A stretch of 64,000 bases of DNA from a virus. Lineage: Duplodnaviria > Caudoviricetes. The first letter of the stretch is position 1; every line of letters begins with the position of its first letter. Positions 38,825 to 48,302 of this stretch are shown here, one piece after another. Under the pieces are notes generated by a model. It had not been told where the DNA came from. It searched no databases and worked only from the letters and a program-made list of their open reading frames with translations. A program made the position numbers and the translations under genes. The stretch lies in the IMG/VR virus record IMGVR_UViG_3300012662_000009, positions 94,647-158,646 of that record; one strand, 5' to 3'.

Positions 38825-40180
38825 ATGTTAATAAAGAAAAAAGATGCCAATCCTAATTACTTAATGACCATTGTAAGGATTGATAACATCATACCTATTA
38901 AAAACTCTAACAATTTAATTAAGACCACTATCAATGGGTATGACATAATATGCTCTAAAGATATTCAAAAAGGGGATATTATGGTATATTTCCCATGTGA
39001 ATGTTGTATAAATCCTAAATATCTTTCTGCCAATAACCTATATGATTATTCAAATTACCGATTAAATTCCAATAAAGACCTCGTAAATGAATCGAATAAA
39101 AGAGAATTATGTGGATTTTTTGGTAAGAATGGCCGTGTGAGGATTATTAAATTGCGCGGGGAATATTCACAAGGATTTATAGCACCTATCCAAACACTTA
39201 TAAACACTTGGCCTGAATTAAAAGATACTTATTGGAATTCTTTAGTAGGTGCCCATGTAAGTCATATTAATGATGAATGGATATGTAAGAAGTATGTATG
39301 TAATCCTATAAACCAACCAGTTAAAAACTTTAATAAAGCTCAAAAGGCTCTTAAAAAATATCCTGAGATCTTAGGTGACTTCAAATTTCATTATGACACT
39401 AAACAACTCGGCGAATATATTAATGAAATATCTCCCGAAGACCGTATAACGATCTCTATAAAAGTCCATGGGACTTCAGTGATCCTTTCTAATATGCTTT
39501 GCCAGAAACCCTTAGGATTCTTTGGAAAATTCTTTAAGTCTTTAGGATTTAAGAAGATAGGTCAAAAGTATATGAATATATATTCCTCCAGAAAAGTTAT
39601 AAAGAATTTTAATAATTCTTCTTATTATGGAACTGATATCTGGGGATGTGTCAATAGAGATTTCGGACAATACATAGAACCTGATATGACTGTTTATGGT
39701 GAGATTGTTGGATACGAAGAAGGTACTAATAAATTCATTCAAAAAGATTATGATTATGGGTGTAAAGAAGGCACTTGGAAATTCATGCCTTATAGAATAG
39801 TCAAGAATTGCTCTACGAGGCCTATAGAATATAATGTTAATGAAGTTTGGAAATGGTCTTGTGATGTAAATAATCTTGAAGGACATAATAAAATCCTCCC
39901 CATAAAAGTATTATATAGAGGCCTTGCCAAAGACTTATATAAAATACCTATAGATGATCATTGGAGAGAAAATTTTATCGAACGACTTAAAAATGATCCG
40001 ACTTTTGGACTTGAATATGAAGAGCCTATGTGTATTAATAAAGTCCCTCGAGAAGGAATAGTTATAAGAATAGATGGGGATATTAAACCAGAGGCTTGGA
40101 AACTCAAGGCAAAATCTTTTTATGCTCGAGAAGCAAAACAACATGATAATAATGAAGTAGATATAGAAGAAATAAATTAA
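38825..40180 (+). CDS. RNA ligase (Rnl2/DRB0094-like) with N-terminal OB domain
   Basis: IKVHGTS, VYGEI, REGIVIR, WKLK; KLRGEYSQG in the N-terminal domain. Confidence 0.82.
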   Translation: MLIKKKDANPNYLMTIVRIDNIIPIKNSNNLIKTTINGYDIICSKDIQKGDIMVYFPCECCINPKYLSANNLYDYSNYRLNSNKDLVNESNKRELCGFFGKNGRVRIIKLRGEYSQGFIAPIQTLINTWPELKDTYWNSLVGAHVSHINDEWICKKYVCNPINQPVKNFNKAQKALKKYPEILGDFKFHYDTKQLGEYINEISPEDRITISIKVHGTSVILSNMLCQKPLGFFGKFFKSLGFKKIGQKYMNIYSSRKVIKNFNNSSYYGTDIWGCVNRDFGQYIEPDMTVYGEIVGYEEGTNKFIQKDYDYGCKEGTWKFMPYRIVKNCSTRPIEYNVNEVWKWSCDVNNLEGHNKILPIKVLYRGLAKDLYKIPIDDHWRENFIERLKNDPTFGLEYEEPMCINKVPREGIVIRIDGDIKPEAWKLKAKSFYAREAKQHDNNEVDIEEIN

Positions 40181-40186
40181 GAGGGT

Positions 40187-40753
40187 ATGCTTAAACTTAA
40201 TAATACATATAAAAAAGTCAAAGACGTTTTTGTTAATCCAAAATTAAAATTCTTTTTTGGTCCCTGGAAAAAAGACCCATGTCTCCCTATATATCGAAGA
40301 GGGTCTATTATAAGGCTTTTTTCTAAGCATCAGATATTGGGTAAATGGAATGAAGATTTCAAGAAAAACCACCCATTCTTTACAAAATATTTCAAACCTC
40401 AATATGAACTCCCTATATGGACGGCTTTTGATATATTTAATTGGGATATCATGTGGAAGACTAAATACGGTGATTATCGATTTGAGTTTCCGGGGCAATT
40501 TACAATAGTATTTTTTGGATTATCTTTTTCTATTTGGAATATAAATCCTACAGGAAATACTCTTAAAGATGAAGATTATTGGGAGGCTATATTGAATTAT
40601 ATAAATTCCAATAAGGAACTCCCTATCGAAAAACTTAGGGACGTTGATTCAAAACTCGGCCGTTGGGTTAGATATACTGATGAAGGTAAAGAAGTTGTGA
40701 GACGATTAGATAAAGACTTTTTAAAAGAACCATATAAAAATTTTGATAATTAA
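40187..40753 (+). CDS. Hypothetical protein
   Basis: 188-aa aromatic-rich ORF (WKTKYGDYRFE). Confidence 0.5.
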   Translation: MLKLNNTYKKVKDVFVNPKLKFFFGPWKKDPCLPIYRRGSIIRLFSKHQILGKWNEDFKKNHPFFTKYFKPQYELPIWTAFDIFNWDIMWKTKYGDYRFEFPGQFTIVFFGLSFSIWNINPTGNTLKDEDYWEAILNYINSNKELPIEKLRDVDSKLGRWVRYTDEGKEVVRRLDKDFLKEPYKNFDN

Positions 40754-40800
40754 TAATTGAATCCTTCTAAATATTTAGAAGGATTTTTTTATATAAAAAC

Positions 40801-41061
40801 ATGGAAAAGAAATTTTTTTATAAATTTGAAGAAAATAATCAAAACGTCATCAGGGTAATGACTCCGAGTGATGTTAAGAGTTATATAGTGAGCCATTATG
40901 AGATATCTGGAGAATATATAAAAGATCCTATAAAGCTCTCATATGAGGATGCAAAAGAATATATAGAGAATATAAAGAAAATAAGAGGAGATAAATATAT
41001 CAATGAAAGATATATTGAATATCTTGAAGATCAATTAAATAATTATAAATCAAACATTTAA
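40801..41061 (+). CDS. Hypothetical protein
   Basis: 86-aa ORF. Confidence 0.45.
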   Translation: MEKKFFYKFEENNQNVIRVMTPSDVKSYIVSHYEISGEYIKDPIKLSYEDAKEYIENIKKIRGDKYINERYIEYLEDQLNNYKSNI

Positions 41062-41068
41062 GAATATT

Positions 41069-41695
41069 ATGACTAACGAAGAATGGATTCGACATGCAGT
41101 AGAAGTACTTGATAGTATTGTTTTCGAAGGTGATTTAGATTTGCTTAATCATCCCTTTCAAGTCTCCTGGGGTAAGACAGCTGGTAAAAAACTTACTGAA
41201 GTCATACAACCTTATGATGGTGAAGATGTTAAATTGGAAGATTTCTTTCCCACCACGATTTCAATAAATTATACTATTAAAGACCCTAAGCAACTTTTGG
41301 GAAATCTTGCATTGGAATGTATCCATGCTTTCTTCAATGAAAAATCCGTAGGTTCTAAGCGATTTAAGAAACTCGCTGAAAAATATTATTTTGAAAAACC
41401 TTATAAATCTTATAATCCTTCTTCACATCTTAGTGATCTCATAGACAGTGCTTATGAAGAACTTACTAAACTCTATGGTAAATTCCCTGGTACTCCAGTA
41501 GTCTTCCATGAGAAGGAAAAGAAGGAGCGTAAAAAAAGTACTTATGTAATGTTCTGTCCGAATTGTGGATATGAGGTTAAAGTAAGCGCCAAAATGTTTG
41601 ATAAACATGGTAAAGGTTCTTTGACGTGTGTATGTGGTACTAAGATGGGTATTGATCTAACCGATGAAGAAAATAATGACGATATGAATGAATAA
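41069..41695 (+). CDS. SprT-like protein with degenerate zincin motif and C-terminal zinc ribbon
   Basis: LALECIHA at the HExxH position; CPNCG...CVCG. Confidence 0.5.
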   Translation: MTNEEWIRHAVEVLDSIVFEGDLDLLNHPFQVSWGKTAGKKLTEVIQPYDGEDVKLEDFFPTTISINYTIKDPKQLLGNLALECIHAFFNEKSVGSKRFKKLAEKYYFEKPYKSYNPSSHLSDLIDSAYEELTKLYGKFPGTPVVFHEKEKKERKKSTYVMFCPNCGYEVKVSAKMFDKHGKGSLTCVCGTKMGIDLTDEENNDDMNE

Positions 41696-41882
41696 TAAAA
41701 GAATAAGAAATAACGAAAGGATCAAAGTGAGCAAGGTAGATCTCAAAACATTTGTATTAGAGAACCTTACAATAGATCCTTATTGGGATGACTTGTATAA
41801 TCCTCCTAAAAAAACTAAGAAAAAAGGCTAAATTTATTATAAAGCTTTGTTATATCAATATATAACAGAGCTTTTTTATATT

Positions 41883-42506
41883 ATGAAAGTATTAAGTAAA
41901 ATAATTTTATCATGGATCATCTTTTGGCATGCATTAAGTGCTTTATTGATGATATGTCCGGATTTTAATAAAAAAACTTATATATCATATTATCAGGAAC
42001 CTATAACAGAACAAATAGATTCTACATATATCTATAGAGATTCTTTGGTGAATGAAATAGAAACTTATATGAATTCATATGCCCCTGGCCATAAGATTTC
42101 AGCTGAGCACATAATAGATTCTTGCGCTAAATATGATATAGACATTGTATTTGTTCTTGCACAGGGGCATTTAGAATCAGGTTTTGGAACACGCGGTATA
42201 GCAGCTAAGACAAATTCTGTATGGAATGTAGGATCTTATGATGGTTATTCATCAGAAAAAATATTAAGGTCTGGCAAAGGTTATAAACACCCCAATTCTT
42301 CTATAGGTCCTTATATAAATCTTTTAAGAAATCGATATCTGATTAGTGGAAAAACTGAGGAAGATCTTATGAAAAACTTTATATCACATACAGGTCATCG
42401 ATATGCCTCCAATACTAAATATGAGGTACAACTTAAATATCTTCATAACAAGATCAAAAAAGAAACTAATATAGATACATTATATAAAAACTATAAATCA
42501 TTATGA
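41883..42506 (+). CDS. GH73 glucosaminidase-type peptidoglycan hydrolase with N-terminal TM anchor
   Basis: LAQGHLESGFG, NSVWNV, RYASN; ATG at 41883. Confidence 0.8.
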   Translation: MKVLSKIILSWIIFWHALSALLMICPDFNKKTYISYYQEPITEQIDSTYIYRDSLVNEIETYMNSYAPGHKISAEHIIDSCAKYDIDIVFVLAQGHLESGFGTRGIAAKTNSVWNVGSYDGYSSEKILRSGKGYKHPNSSIGPYINLLRNRYLISGKTEEDLMKNFISHTGHRYASNTKYEVQLKYLHNKIKKETNIDTLYKNYKSL

Positions 42507-43042
42507 AAATAATCTTTACAGGGGCACAAGGAACTGGCAAGACAACTATTTTAAATCATTATAAAAAACAAGGTTATAATATCATCACAGAAGTAGTTAG
42601 AAATCTCTCTAAAGAAGGTGTTAAAATCAACGAAATGGGTGATTTAGATGGTCAAAAAAGAATCTTTAGTGAATATAGAAAAACTCTTAATAAAGAAAAA
42701 TCTTATATATCAGATAGAGGTCTTACTGACGTAACAGCATATACTTCCTATTTGGGTATAAAAAACGATAATTTAGATCTTCGATTGGAGTCTTTATATC
42801 AATTAGTAGATATCACGGAATTTTATAATAATAATACAGATGTAATAACATGTTATTTTCCTATAGAATTTCCTGTAGTAGATGACGGAGTAAGATCTAT
42901 TAATGAGGAATTTAGACATGACATAGACGAGAATATTAAAAATATTTTGGATGGTATTGGTATCCAATATTATACAATCACCGGCACCGTAGAAGAACGC
43001 ATTAAACAGATTGATAAAATTATTCAAGATGTCACTCTTTGA
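42503..43042 (+). CDS. AAA_28 / NadR-like P-loop kinase
   Basis: FTGAQGTGKTT, ISDRG, DDGVR. Confidence 0.75.
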   Translation: MKIIFTGAQGTGKTTILNHYKKQGYNIITEVVRNLSKEGVKINEMGDLDGQKRIFSEYRKTLNKEKSYISDRGLTDVTAYTSYLGIKNDNLDLRLESLYQLVDITEFYNNNTDVITCYFPIEFPVVDDGVRSINEEFRHDIDENIKNILDGIGIQYYTITGTVEERIKQIDKIIQDVTL

Positions 43043-43724
43043 ATCTGAGGATGAAATCCTTGATAAAAATCCTTCTATAATAGCGTCTAATTGGATTTCA
43101 AAAAACATCGTATGGAATCATGGTGATGTCCGGCATCAAGAAGACTGGAAACGATTTGTTAAGATAATTCCATCAGGCAATAAATTTATTATTAAATGCA
43201 ATATGCCTCTCATCGCAGAATTTCTTACACCGCTTCCTGAATGGCTTATAATAGATAAAGATTGTTTTATTGAAAATACCATAGGATTTATCATACATTC
43301 ACAAAAAGACATCGATGCATTTCCAAGTATCCACAAAGTAACTAATAATAGCAATATTGAAGATCTAACATTTTATACAAAGGCTAATAGTATTATCTTC
43401 GAAGGCCCATGTCAATTTAAGAATGTTCATATAACATCAAAAGCAAATAATTTAATTGACTGTCGAATAGATTCGTTTGGATATGATATAAATAATATTA
43501 CAGAACTACACTTTCATAATTTCAATAAATCCTCTATAACACTTATAAATCCTGGAATATCGCAAGAAGAATGTGTTAATATATGTAATATAGACAAATA
43601 TAGACCTTTTATAGAACATGCTAAGAAACTAAACATTCATTTTATTAATTTCGCATATTTTATAAATGATGAACCGAGATATATTTCATATAAACTTAAA
43701 AAAGGCAATTATATTATTTCATGA
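43011..43724 (+). CDS. Paralog family member (LF..E..ILDKNP)
   Basis: MSLFESEDEILDKNP; true start probably ATG at 43029. Confidence 0.6.
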   Translation: MIKLFKMSLFESEDEILDKNPSIIASNWISKNIVWNHGDVRHQEDWKRFVKIIPSGNKFIIKCNMPLIAEFLTPLPEWLIIDKDCFIENTIGFIIHSQKDIDAFPSIHKVTNNSNIEDLTFYTKANSIIFEGPCQFKNVHITSKANNLIDCRIDSFGYDINNITELHFHNFNKSSITLINPGISQEECVNICNIDKYRPFIEHAKKLNIHFINFAYFINDEPRYISYKLKKGNYIIS

Positions 43725-43760
43725 ATAAGTGAAGAATATTGTACATATTATTGAACACGA

Positions 43761-43838
43761 ATAAATATATCAAATTTCGATCAAAATAGGCTCAGACATA
43801 TAAATCTATATCGAGCCTATTTTGTTGCGTATATGAGC
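43761..43838. repeat. Dispersed palindromic element, copy 4
   Basis: caaatttcgatc-aaaataggctcagacata-TAAATC-tatatcgagcctatttt-gttgcg. Confidence 0.85.
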
Positions 43839-43845
43839 TTCTAAA

Positions 43846-44640
43846 TTATTTCATAAAATCTAATTTGAGTTTCTTATATTTCTTTAATGCTTCTTCTTTC
43901 TCTAAAGGAATATCCGTGCGAGGAAGTATTAACATATTAAATCCGTTTTCTTTCATTGTTTGAATGAATTTAAGATGTTTTTTGTACCATTTTTCAGGAT
44001 CAGCTTTAAATTCCTTAAGAACCATCTTAGCACCTTTTGAATTAGTATCCATAAAAGTTGCTTTGTCCGTGTTATTAATCAACCTAATATTTGAGGCAAA
44101 ATTATAAAATTCATTATCATTCATAGGAGTCCTCACGCCATTCTGCTCTACCACAAAGTATTCTTTACCAGGCCATTGTGCTCTATATTTGCTATTCCAA
44201 GCACTTAGATCAAGTGTTAAATTCTTGAGTTTCGTAGCTACAATTTTGAAGCCCGTATATTGATGTTTCATAATACCTATGTTTTTAAGTACTATATTGG
44301 GCTTCTTAATACTTTCATAAACATCTACTATCTTACCGGGGATCACATCAATATCTTTTTGATTCCGAACACTGAAGCTAATAGTTACAGGGACATTCGA
44401 CCAAGAATCCTCATCAAATTTTATAAAATTAGGTATGGGCTCGGCAAATTCAACACCATCACCATAATTAATATCTTGAGGCCCCTTCCAAGTTACTATT
44501 CCATCGGTAATTTCCATAATATCATCAACAGAAGGATTACCAGGCAATCTAACTATAACAGCGTCATCATCATGCATCCATTCTTCAGGTGTTTTAATTG
44601 CTTCGTTTATACTCTCTAAGTAATTTCTAAGATTTTCCAT
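43846..44640 (-). CDS. Distant paralog family member; putative internal virion protein
   Basis: MENLRNYLESINEA; internal PIPNFIKFD...QKDIDVIPG shared with the family. Confidence 0.55.
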   Translation of the reverse strand: MENLRNYLESINEAIKTPEEWMHDDDAVIVRLPGNPSVDDIMEITDGIVTWKGPQDINYGDGVEFAEPIPNFIKFDEDSWSNVPVTISFSVRNQKDIDVIPGKIVDVYESIKKPNIVLKNIGIMKHQYTGFKIVATKLKNLTLDLSAWNSKYRAQWPGKEYFVVEQNGVRTPMNDNEFYNFASNIRLINNTDKATFMDTNSKGAKMVLKEFKADPEKWYKKHLKFIQTMKENGFNMLILPRTDIPLEKEEALKKYKKLKLDFMK

Positions 44641-44663
44641 TTTATTTTTTTTGTATAGAATTT

Positions 44664-46274
44664 CTATTTCACATCATATCCATGGCCAGATAATATAGGC
44701 CTGGCTAAATCATTAATAACACATTTTTCGTTTTTAGTAACGTATTTTAATGATTCTTTAATAGCTTCTTCTTTATTCAGATATCTATTATAATACTTTA
44801 TATTAGTTAACTTAGTTGGCCACGGGAAGATTTTACAAATCTCGGGTGAACTCAATATAAAATCGTTGTTATAAATATCGGTTAATTCACAAATAGGATT
44901 TTCAAAATCAAAATGATAAGATTCGGGTCTTAATTTATATATAGGTAAAGTCTTATCATATATTTGTTGGTATATATTAAGCTCCGTTGTAAAATTGTCT
45001 CTGTTCCATCTATATATAACTATATAAACACCCTTGTCTAATTCACATTTAAGACTATCAACACCCAATATATACTTATCTTTTTGAGATTGTATATATA
45101 TATTTATAGGACCGAAGTTTAAGATACTTTTATTTGTATTAATAAATTTATCTATATCTATTATAAAAGATATGGTGCCAGATTCTCCACATGTGCCTTT
45201 TTGATATACTATACAAGCATTCTTATTCAAAGGGTTATATATATTCCTTGCTATGATATTATTATTATGACAATAAAATTTATCCATAATACTTATATCA
45301 TTCTTTGTATACTGCTTTCTCACAGCATCTTCATTAAATATATTATAAAGGTTTGTAGCAGCAAATATGGGAGAACTTATAGGGTCTGCACCAACTTCTC
45401 TTTCTTGCTCAGTCCTTTCTAATTCACCAAAGGTTTCATCATAAGTATTTATAAGCCAATTATCTATAATGCCTTCAAAATCACCATTGTCTATATTAGT
45501 AGATTCATTATATTTAACCAATGATAATTTCCAAGTAGTAGACCTCCAAAGGAGCCCCTCAGCTTTTTCATCATAAGCAGCATTAACTTGCCACATGCGC
45601 TTCATCATAGGTATATATAAGAAATCTTTAGCCTTAGGGAAAGCTGTATCACCAAAAGCCTTAGCAAATTGTGTCTTTGAAAGTTCTGTTTCCCAGTCGG
45701 TTTGCCAATCAAAATCAAAATCCCCTATCTTAGGATTAGACGAGGGCATAGTACCATCCTGAATCATAAGTTTAAGTTGTTTTACAGCTACAACATCATG
45801 CAGAGTAAATTCCTTAAAAGTATAATCAGCAGTATCTTCCTTAGGTGATGTTCTGAAGTAATATATAGGGAGACCTAACATACATATTATAGAATCAGCT
45901 AATTGTTGTTGTAATAACAGTGCACAATCAAGATTGTTATAAGGTTGAAAAAGATTCTCGTCACCACAAAAGTCTTGTAAGAAAGATAATGTTGAATCAA
46001 GGCAGATACTATAACATTTAGTATAAAGACCTCCTAAAGAAATTTTATCAAAAGACCCAAATAAAAGAACCCTTAAATAAAAATCCGATTCGTAATTGGA
46101 AGTGATTCTTTTATATTCATTATAATCAACCCAATTGGTCCAGCAAACACCATCAGAAGACCAACTATATTGACATTGCATAGTAATATCAATACCAAAG
46201 GAATCAATTACTTTAATCTCTTGATATCTAACAGCCTCTTGAAATTGCAATATTCTTTTTATACCACAAGACAT
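44664..46274 (-). CDS. gp14-like neck/head-completion protein with extra domains
   Basis: SIICMLGLPIYY...LSKTQF...PKAKDFLYIPMMKRMWQV pattern. Confidence 0.5.
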   Translation of the reverse strand: MSCGIKRILQFQEAVRYQEIKVIDSFGIDITMQCQYSWSSDGVCWTNWVDYNEYKRITSNYESDFYLRVLLFGSFDKISLGGLYTKCYSICLDSTLSFLQDFCGDENLFQPYNNLDCALLLQQQLADSIICMLGLPIYYFRTSPKEDTADYTFKEFTLHDVVAVKQLKLMIQDGTMPSSNPKIGDFDFDWQTDWETELSKTQFAKAFGDTAFPKAKDFLYIPMMKRMWQVNAAYDEKAEGLLWRSTTWKLSLVKYNESTNIDNGDFEGIIDNWLINTYDETFGELERTEQEREVGADPISSPIFAATNLYNIFNEDAVRKQYTKNDISIMDKFYCHNNNIIARNIYNPLNKNACIVYQKGTCGESGTISFIIDIDKFINTNKSILNFGPINIYIQSQKDKYILGVDSLKCELDKGVYIVIYRWNRDNFTTELNIYQQIYDKTLPIYKLRPESYHFDFENPICELTDIYNNDFILSSPEICKIFPWPTKLTNIKYYNRYLNKEEAIKESLKYVTKNEKCVINDLARPILSGHGYDVK

Positions 46275-46275
46275 A

Positions 46276-46701
46276 TTAAAGTTTTCTTTGAGCCTCTGAT
46301 TGAAGTGATCCTGATACCGATCTTATATATGATATTGCTTGATCAACACCCGATATAGAACGCCATTTAGTTGATGAAGCCATTACAATACCATCTCCTT
46401 TATCCTTAAAGACTATTAAAAAAGTCTTTTTAGATGTATGACCTGCAATATAATCATGATAGCCTACAGTAGCTACTACCCATTTACCAAAATCAGTAAC
46501 TTCAGCAAAGTAATTTGTCCCAAAGCTATTAACTGCGCTTTGAAGAGCTCGGCCGAAATTGTTATTGGCATGCATACGAGGATCGTCAACATCGACATAT
46601 ATACCGGGACCTTTATCTACTGATGAGGGATTTTTTTTGGCATTATAACGATCGTCTTCGTTTATAAGCGGATCTATATATAATATTGCATCGTATTTCA
46701 T
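46276..46701 (-). CDS. Hypothetical protein
   Basis: 141-aa ORF in the structural operon. Confidence 0.5.
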   Translation of the reverse strand: MKYDAILYIDPLINEDDRYNAKKNPSSVDKGPGIYVDVDDPRMHANNNFGRALQSAVNSFGTNYFAEVTDFGKWVVATVGYHDYIAGHTSKKTFLIVFKDKGDGIVMASSTKWRSISGVDQAISYIRSVSGSLQSEAQRKL

Positions 46702-46749
46702 AGTTATATAATAACATAAAAAAAGGATCCTTTATAGGGATCCTTTATA

Positions 46750-47043
46750 TTAAAATTTAGGCATATTCATTGAATTTGGGGAGCCCGTATTAAAATTAGG
46801 AGAAGCCATTTTAGGCATTGAATTTGACATCATCTTATTCATATTACTGGGTTTCGCCATATCCATATATTCATTTACATGATATTTTTTCATTTCTGAC
46901 TTCTGTTTATCATTCTCTTCTTTAACGATATCATTAAGTTGCTTTATAAATAATTCATACTCCCAAGCTGGTAATATATCGATCTCAGAAGGTTGTATAT
47001 GAAATTGTTTGGCAAGGACAGCTTTCATTTTGATATAATTCAT
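46750..47043 (-). CDS. gp51-like baseplate hub assembly protein (start uncertain)
   Basis: LAKQFHIQPSEIDILPAWEYELFIKQL; follows the gp26-like gene. Confidence 0.6.
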   Translation of the reverse strand: MNYIKMKAVLAKQFHIQPSEIDILPAWEYELFIKQLNDIVKEENDKQKSEMKKYHVNEYMDMAKPSNMNKMMSNSMPKMASPNFNTGSPNSMNMPKF

Positions 47044-47143
47044 TATATCTAATTTGAACAACCCATAAATAGCTGCTTCCACATATTCGTTTGTCAATCT
47101 CTCAGGAGGCCATTCAAGATCTATATCGGTCAACCAACCATAC

Positions 47144-48190
47144 TTAGCGAGACCCAAATTTCTTAACTTTAGACTCAACCGTGAAGAGAATTTTGATGCC
47201 GTTCGGAAACTGGACTGTAGAGGTAGCCTCCTGGCCACAATTCGGACAAGTACAACGAAGTTTTTCCGATGGATTTATAGTGATATTGTTTACTACATCA
47301 TTCATAAAAGAAAACATATCATAATCCCATGACTGATATTCTTTATAAATCTTTTGAATCTGTCTATCGAGCATAGATGGATCCTTAGCAGGTTTATCCA
47401 ACATCCATATTAGGAACTTAACAAAAGTTTCATCGATCTTCTGTTTATTACGAGCTCGTGCTGTAGCCCATTCAATAACAGCCTCGTCTTTACCGAGCTT
47501 GGGGGTAAATAATATAATAGGATTATGATCTACCCCATATTCCTGTGGATTAATGACCCATTTACCGTCTTGCCAATATTTTTCTATAAGATCATCATCC
47601 GGAAATTCATAGAAGAGATTAGAAGAAGTCAGATTATAAGTAATTTCAGTATCACATTCCGAGCAGGTATCTTCAAATTCAATCTTAGACTCACCCTCTG
47701 CAAAAGTATATTCGCGGACTTTAAGAATAAACCAGAAACGATCCCAAGAATTTATTTGAGTCCAAGAAATACCTTTACCATCACCACCTTCGATCTTAAG
47801 AGATGTCTTGATAATCTCATTAAAGACATTATTAACAACATCGGGGCGCTCCTCGTCAATAGCCGTCCAATTTTTTATAGCGGACATCTGCGCGGGTTTT
47901 ATATAAAAAGTCCAGTCAGAAGGATAAAAGTCGCTTCTTATACCCATCTCAGCACGATCTATAGGGATCCATCCATGAGAGATAGGAGTAGAACCTTCAA
48001 TTATTTTATCATGTTCTCTTTTGGTCTTTTTAAGGAATGTATCCAATGATTGTTTCTCATCGCTATCAAGTTCTTCTTTCTGGCCATAAGAAGCTCTGTG
48101 TTGGAGCTTACCCATATTCTTAGGCTTCTCTTCACCACCCAGGTCACCTATTTGAGATTCAAGTTCATTATAGTCTTGAGACATATACAA
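47144..48190 (-). CDS. gp26-like baseplate hub subunit
   Basis: DRFWFILKVR, CSECD, CPNCG; upstream of the gp51-like gene. Confidence 0.6.
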   Translation of the reverse strand: MYMSQDYNELESQIGDLGGEEKPKNMGKLQHRASYGQKEELDSDEKQSLDTFLKKTKREHDKIIEGSTPISHGWIPIDRAEMGIRSDFYPSDWTFYIKPAQMSAIKNWTAIDEERPDVVNNVFNEIIKTSLKIEGGDGKGISWTQINSWDRFWFILKVREYTFAEGESKIEFEDTCSECDTEITYNLTSSNLFYEFPDDDLIEKYWQDGKWVINPQEYGVDHNPIILFTPKLGKDEAVIEWATARARNKQKIDETFVKFLIWMLDKPAKDPSMLDRQIQKIYKEYQSWDYDMFSFMNDVVNNITINPSEKLRCTCPNCGQEATSTVQFPNGIKILFTVESKVKKFGSR

Positions 48191-48302
48191 ATATTTTTTT
48201 TTGTATAGAATATATTATATATAGTATTTTGTTAAGTATTTTTGAAGGATTTTATTAAAAATCTCAATTGTAATTAATATTATATAGTTAAAAATAATTT
48301 AT

